The notes below the pieces were generated by a model that saw only the letters and a program-made list of their open reading frames with translations, made no database searches and was not told where the DNA came from. From Macrostomum lignano (Eukaryota), in contig NIVC01002435.1 of assembly GCA_002269645.1 (NCBI GenBank), positions 17,149 to 81,148 on the forward strand: a stretch of 64,000 nucleotides of DNA. Reading direction: 5' to 3'. Positions 58,957 through 64,000 of this stretch are shown here, one piece after another. The position numbers and the translations under genes were made by a program. The number at the start of each line of letters is the position of its first letter. Positions within the stretch are counted from its first letter, which is position 1.

Positions 58957-61420
58957 TTATTCAGAGTGCCTGGCATTTGTCCCATCAAGTCTGGGCGTCC
59001 CAGCCCCACTCGGGGTGAATGCGGTAGTGCCCGGGCTTGCTGGCTGCAGCTCTCGCAGACGGGCAGGCGCTGGCGTCGGCGCCGTTGCCTTCGCTGCTCT
59101 TGACTCCTGCGGCTTCGTGCCGTGCCAGCTGGTGAACTGCCAGCGGTTTGCCCGGCTGCCGGGGCTGAGCTGCCTGATGTACTTCAGTGTTGTTGTCGCT
59201 GGAGTTGTTTCTGAAGAGTTTCTGAAATAGCACACCAGCACATCTAGAATTATCGTCTCACATTCGCGACTTTATACAGTTATAACTACTGAGTAACTAT
59301 GGAAGCCGAGTCATAGATAATGACTATGGTTTTTATGTGAAAAATACGCACTAAATAAATCCCGACGAGCTTTAAATGAATGTGCTTAAGTTTTTTAATT
59401 CTTTTTGCGTGATCTGTTTTTTTGCCTTTCGATTTGACGGCGCAAATTCCTTCTATTTTAGTTATCTACGTTAACGATTGCAGCAACACACTTAGCACTC
59501 ACTCTGAAGTTCGTGAAAGCAGCTTCGCGGTTGTCTCACCGCCTGGACGCCGCTCTTCAGCGCTATCAGCATCGCGCGATCCCTTGGCTTGACTGTCTGG
59601 CATCAGCCTGAGCGCTCGCCGCACAACTCTGAGCTCTGCTGGCGAGGCATTTTTGGTCAGCTGTTGGGCTCGAGTCAGCGCGTGCGAGCTGGCGCTGCTG
59701 CTACCTGCCTGTTGAATGAGGGGTTGTCGCGTGGTTCACACCTATGAGGGCTACCTGCAAACTCACAGACTGTACATTTCATTCCTGACGATTACAAAGT
59801 CTGTGTACACCCTGTGTGAGCGTGTGTATGAGAGCCTGTCTGCGTTCGGTATCCGCCTGATTGTATGTGGTCAGGAGTCAGTGGAATGTGTAAAACTGTC
59901 TCAACCGCTGGTTGTGGGTGATGTCGCAAGGTTGCCCACAACTGCTTCCTCAGGACAATGTCTTTCTGTTTTTAAACTCTCATCATTAGCTTTAATATCT
60001 CCTAAAGTCTGCGGTGTCCTATACTATCCAATTACAATCAGAGACACCCTTGTAACCAGGGACGTCTCCATCGGGGGGGGGGGGGGAGACATGTCCCCCG
60101 AGTAAAAGCTATGGGGACATGACAAGGCTTTGTCCCCCCACCCCACCTTGCGATCTGTGATGGAAATCAATAATTTTGCTTCGGGTGACAAAACATAGCG
60201 CCTGCGGCGCCAAAATGATTGCCTGAGGTGCCAAAATGAGCGCTGCAGACAACACCGATTCTGAAAATAATGTACATGTAGGAGTTTGTTGTTAAACGAG
60301 GGTGGGAAGCCAGGGGCCCCCGCGGATCAGCCCAAGTAGGGCTCTGCCGCTGGATCTGTCTGTGGGCGATACTACCAGGGGCATATAGCCCGAGAGCCCA
60401 CGGTTGGGACCAGGTCTCAAGGCCTGGTGAGATATTGGGGCTGCTAGCTCAAACCTATGGACTAAGACACCGCTGAACAACAGTGGAATCAGGGACGTTG
60501 CTAAGACTGAGTCCACCCAAGCCACCCCCAGCAGACAAGTCCCAGGAGTCGCGCAAAAAGATTGGAGTTTAGAAGCGGTTCGAGAGCGGGGAGACCACGA
60601 AGTCTACGGAAAAGGCTTTAGATTGGAGCGAGTCTGGGCAACTTATTTACCAAGGGCGAGTCTCCTAACAGGTAGCCCCCGTACTAAGCCTCCCATAGGG
60701 CTGCGAGCCATACTTGTACATGTAGAATTCTTGGCTTTGTCCTCCACACCATAAAATCCATGGCGACGCCCCTATTTGTAACATCAGAACCTGTTGCATT
60801 GTCGGCGACTCCAGCTGACAGGCCACATCATCCGCGAGGACTCACCCTAATGGAGAGAACCTGGGCGTTTCGTCGACTGCCTACTGGCTGACGCCGGCAC
60901 CCCTGACTCGTTGTTGGCATTGCGTACGTTTGCGCCCAGGTCCAGAGGCGAGCCCTGTGACGCTGCTCTCTTTTAGCGCTAACTGACAGTGTATAAATTT
61001 TTGTTTGAAGTCTTGCATGTACGATAATGTTGCTTACCGTGGTGCCCGGTAGTTCTGGAAATCGTTGCGTTGCCAGAGCAACTTTTAATGACGATTTGCC
61101 TTCGACTTTGGCAGTTGCCTTTGACTGCGGCTTCTGCTCCGCTTTTTTGTCAGAATTTTCAGCTAAAAGTTTCCGGGATTATGGTTATTTTGGTCTGTAA
61201 TGGCCTTATTGAATACGATCTTTGAGTAAACATTGGCTCGCTACTCAGTTGTAATGTTTTTTTTACCGGCGCGTCTTCCGGCCGTCTCGGGTCCAAAGTT
61301 GCTCCGAAATTCCTCCTTCAGCTGTTGCCGACGCGCGTTCGGTACGGGGGCGTCGAACTCCGGTGGCAGCTGCCATTTCACGAATGCAGCGGCACCTGTT
61401 GCGGAGGATTGGCTGGCCAT
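58957..61420 (-). CDS. Putative small orphan gene, about 206 aa (exons 61267-61420, 59503-59704, 58957-59221)
   Basis: Three GC-rich segments joined by GT/AG sites with compatible phases (1 then 2): MASQSSATGAAAFVKWQLPPEFD.. / ..LTKNASPAELRVVRRAL.. / ..LKYIRQLSPGSRANRWQF..*. No family recognised. Confidence 0.4.
60057..60774. mobile_element. hAT-type MITE carrying a nested insertion
   Basis: TIR cagggacgtctccat / atggcgacgccccta; 8-bp TSD cttgtaac (60049-60056) and tttgtaac (60775-60782). Confidence 0.7.
60282..60714 (-). mobile_element. 433-bp insertion, probably a SINE or 5'-truncated non-LTR retroelement
   Basis: Flanked by the 11-bp direct repeat tgtacatgtag (60271-60281, 60715-60725); ends on the minus strand in an (AAC)-like tail taacaacaaac. 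Confidence 0.5.
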
Positions 61421-64000
61421 TTGTGCAGCTGAAAGGCGCCTGCTGCCGGTCTGGGTGAGCTGTTTCTCGGGTATTCTACACTCGCAAGCTTCGTTTTTTC
61501 AGCTTATTTAAAATGCATACACTGTAGGGTCTATTGATGATGTACATTAATTCAAGTTTTCATTTCGTAGCCTTTGGACCGAGAGAACGATGTAGATCTT
61601 CTGCCCGCTGCAACTAAATTTGAAATGAAGTGGTGGTACGCGCATTGAGCTGCAAGTGTGGGCTTTAGTCTGCAAATATAATGTTTATCAGCTACCCCAT
61701 TGCTCGGGTTGGCTACTAAAGTCTGAGGGATTGCTGTATTGATTTATGCAGAACTATTCGCTGTTGCCTGTACATGTACATGCGCATGTAGTAAAGATCG
61801 GCAAAATAAATAAGCGTAGACCTGCTGTCCTTGTGGAAGTGTTGAGACCATGAGGGTGCATTTTGGGTGACATATCCATTAAATGGCACCAAAAAAGTTT
61901 TCTGAAGTGATGGGTTTCGACCTTCGGGCTCCTTGTTAGGGAAGCCTGCGGGCCTCAGGCTCAGAAATAAATCAATTAGAGACCTGGCCCCCCACTCCTG
62001 TCAGATGGTCAGCCCCATGGTAGCTTGATCGTGTGGCGAGCAGTCTAGGTCCTATAGCTAAGAGAGGGACAGCGAGAGACGAGCAGGGAGAATTTTGAAA
62101 GTAGAAATTAGCTAATCCGCAGATCAACTAACTTGCTGCCACCAGCCCGTGCGCCCTGGCTCACCACACCGGGACTCTCGAAATCGGGCTTCCGACTAGA
62201 AGGGGCTTTGCACTTACCTGCCAACTAGTGTCTTTTTGCTGTCAATCTCGAAGTCATAGCCGATGATAAGGGACACTGCTGGGACTAGATCGCGTTGGCC
62301 ATGCAGGTACAGAGGGGACTTGTGCAGGGGATTCTTGCGGTGGCGAGTCTATGGGTAGCTACATGTACTATTACATTGCTAAATACGAAGATATGTACTT
62401 TTAGCCTTCAACGCGCCAACTAGCCTCTCATAGCGCTGATGATAGGCTAACTCGAACTTCAGAGACCGCATGATTCATTTACCCGAGCCGCTTGGCTACC
62501 CTGAGTGCACAAAGTACATCTCTGGCGCCGATTCTGCACTTCTGGCAGTTTTGCTCACTGATTTGTTAGATTGGTCGACTGAGAACTGCCTTGCCATTGG
62601 TCCACTGTGACCGGCGCCTACTAGCTTAGCTACTCATCTGAGCCATCGGCGAACAAAGAAATAAAGCCGACAAAGATAACTGTTAGATTTAACCTTCTCC
62701 TTAGTTCACTTCACACTTTAGATTGAATTGGAGTCTTAGACTACTAGCAGTATTATTGAATGATTCCTGCCTCAGCAACAGCACTACTGAACAAAATGAG
62801 CAAAGTGTGCGCCTAATTCAGCTACTGCAACAGGGGACAGAAAAGGGATCACCCAATCAAGCAAGTCTAGGTAGCCTCTCACCCAACCAACAGAAACTCA
62901 ACAGCCGGAGACCAGGTATTCCACAGTGACCGAATCGGCTCGATGCTCTGCAGCTGTAGACTCGGGATGATGCTGTCACAATCTTCGCTGTTAGCTAGCA
63001 GGTGATGCTCTTAACTGGATGTTCGCTGCTGTCGACCGGGGGACTCGTCCTTGATGATGATGGGGAAGTTGCAATCCGGGGATCAAGAAACGACGGTCGT
63101 GCTCCGGGAACCAGAAGTTGCGCGCTGGGCCCGAGCCAAAGTAAGAAGAAGTTGCGTCGAGCGGGCCAAAAACTCCGGTTTAAATAGCCGCCAACTGGAC
63201 CGCAGTTTGTTATAACGGAACACGTCGATTCTGATTGGCTGAGCCGTTTTGTTAAAATGAGCGCCGAATTTTCTGATTGGCTAAGCTCGTTGCTACCCAG
63301 AATCACGTGACCGAGAGATCCTATCAGTTCCCACAGGGTCGTAAAAAGATGACAGGTGCGGCCATAAATCACTCAAAATCGCAACAAAATGATTTATGAC
63401 TTTTCGCGTAGGATTGACAGAAATTAATGAAAAAATATACATTAGAAAGCTCTTATTAAATAGAAAGTGAAGATAATGAAGAGAAATCGCTAATCGCTAA
63501 TCCCAAGGTACTTTTAGGGTAAAACGCATAGCTGTCAAAGCTGTCACACGCTTGAGTGAATCCGAACAATAGGCTCTGACCTCATAAATCTTGATGGCCT
63601 GTCAAAATGATGAGAAAAAAGCTACCGCCCGCATCCTCTCAGACCATCTGGCGCCCGCTTCAACACTGAGTGAGGCGCAGGTGGCTGTCAGATCAGCTTC
63701 GAAAGCGATGATTTATGACCCAAAAAGCTGCGCCTATGTTATTATGACTACTAGTATGGCCAGACATTATATCTAGTATAGATTCATGAAAATTCGCAGA
63801 AAAAGGATAAAAATGCCCACTGCCCACTGTTAGTAGGCAAGTAAGTTTAGAGCCCATGTGCTAGCGCGGGATTTGGGAAAAAGTGCGTCCTCATCAGAAG
63901 CTTCATTTCCATCGTACAGGGGTTGTGTCCAATTGCAGTGTTATTTCCCCTAAATTACATGTAACAGTATACATATACATGTACACGTACGTAACTGAAA

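Noticed and set aside
62995-63372. ORFs near the right end (possible first exon of a minus-strand gene)
   Set aside because: No consistent frame, splice sites or recognisable motif.

Overview
Eukaryotic (invertebrate) genomic DNA with spliceosomal GT-AG introns. There are no prokaryotic operons, CRISPR arrays, rRNA genes or true tRNA genes. GC-rich exons, very short introns and minisatellite-inflated introns resemble the flatworm Macrostomum, but the organism is an inference. In order, the window holds: (1) two tandem GABA-B-like class C GPCR paralogs on the minus strand, one complete (14 exons) and one running off the left edge; (2) a CpG-depleted transposon tract at about 10.4-16.2 kb, with two adjacent mariner elements, one inactivated only by four TGA codons consistent with CGA>TGA; (3) INTS9 and SNX4 (the latter with an in-frame TAG), most of whose longer introns carry a different minisatellite; (4) a secreted PAN-like/LamG-like gene with an in-frame TAG; (5) a 5.75-kb tandem duplication of a hillarin/KY transglutaminase-like gene lacking catalytic Cys/His and showing gene-conversion tracts; (6) hAT-type MITEs and a CORE-type SINE. 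The most notable result is a reconstructed gene of about 1,280 aa fusing about 17 ankyrin repeats to a Mab-21/cGAS-like (cGLR) nucleotidyltransferase. The ORF track shows it as four pieces because of two introns and three frameshifts in homopolymer runs. All gene models and alignments were made by eye from the sequence and from remembered family motifs; no searches were run.
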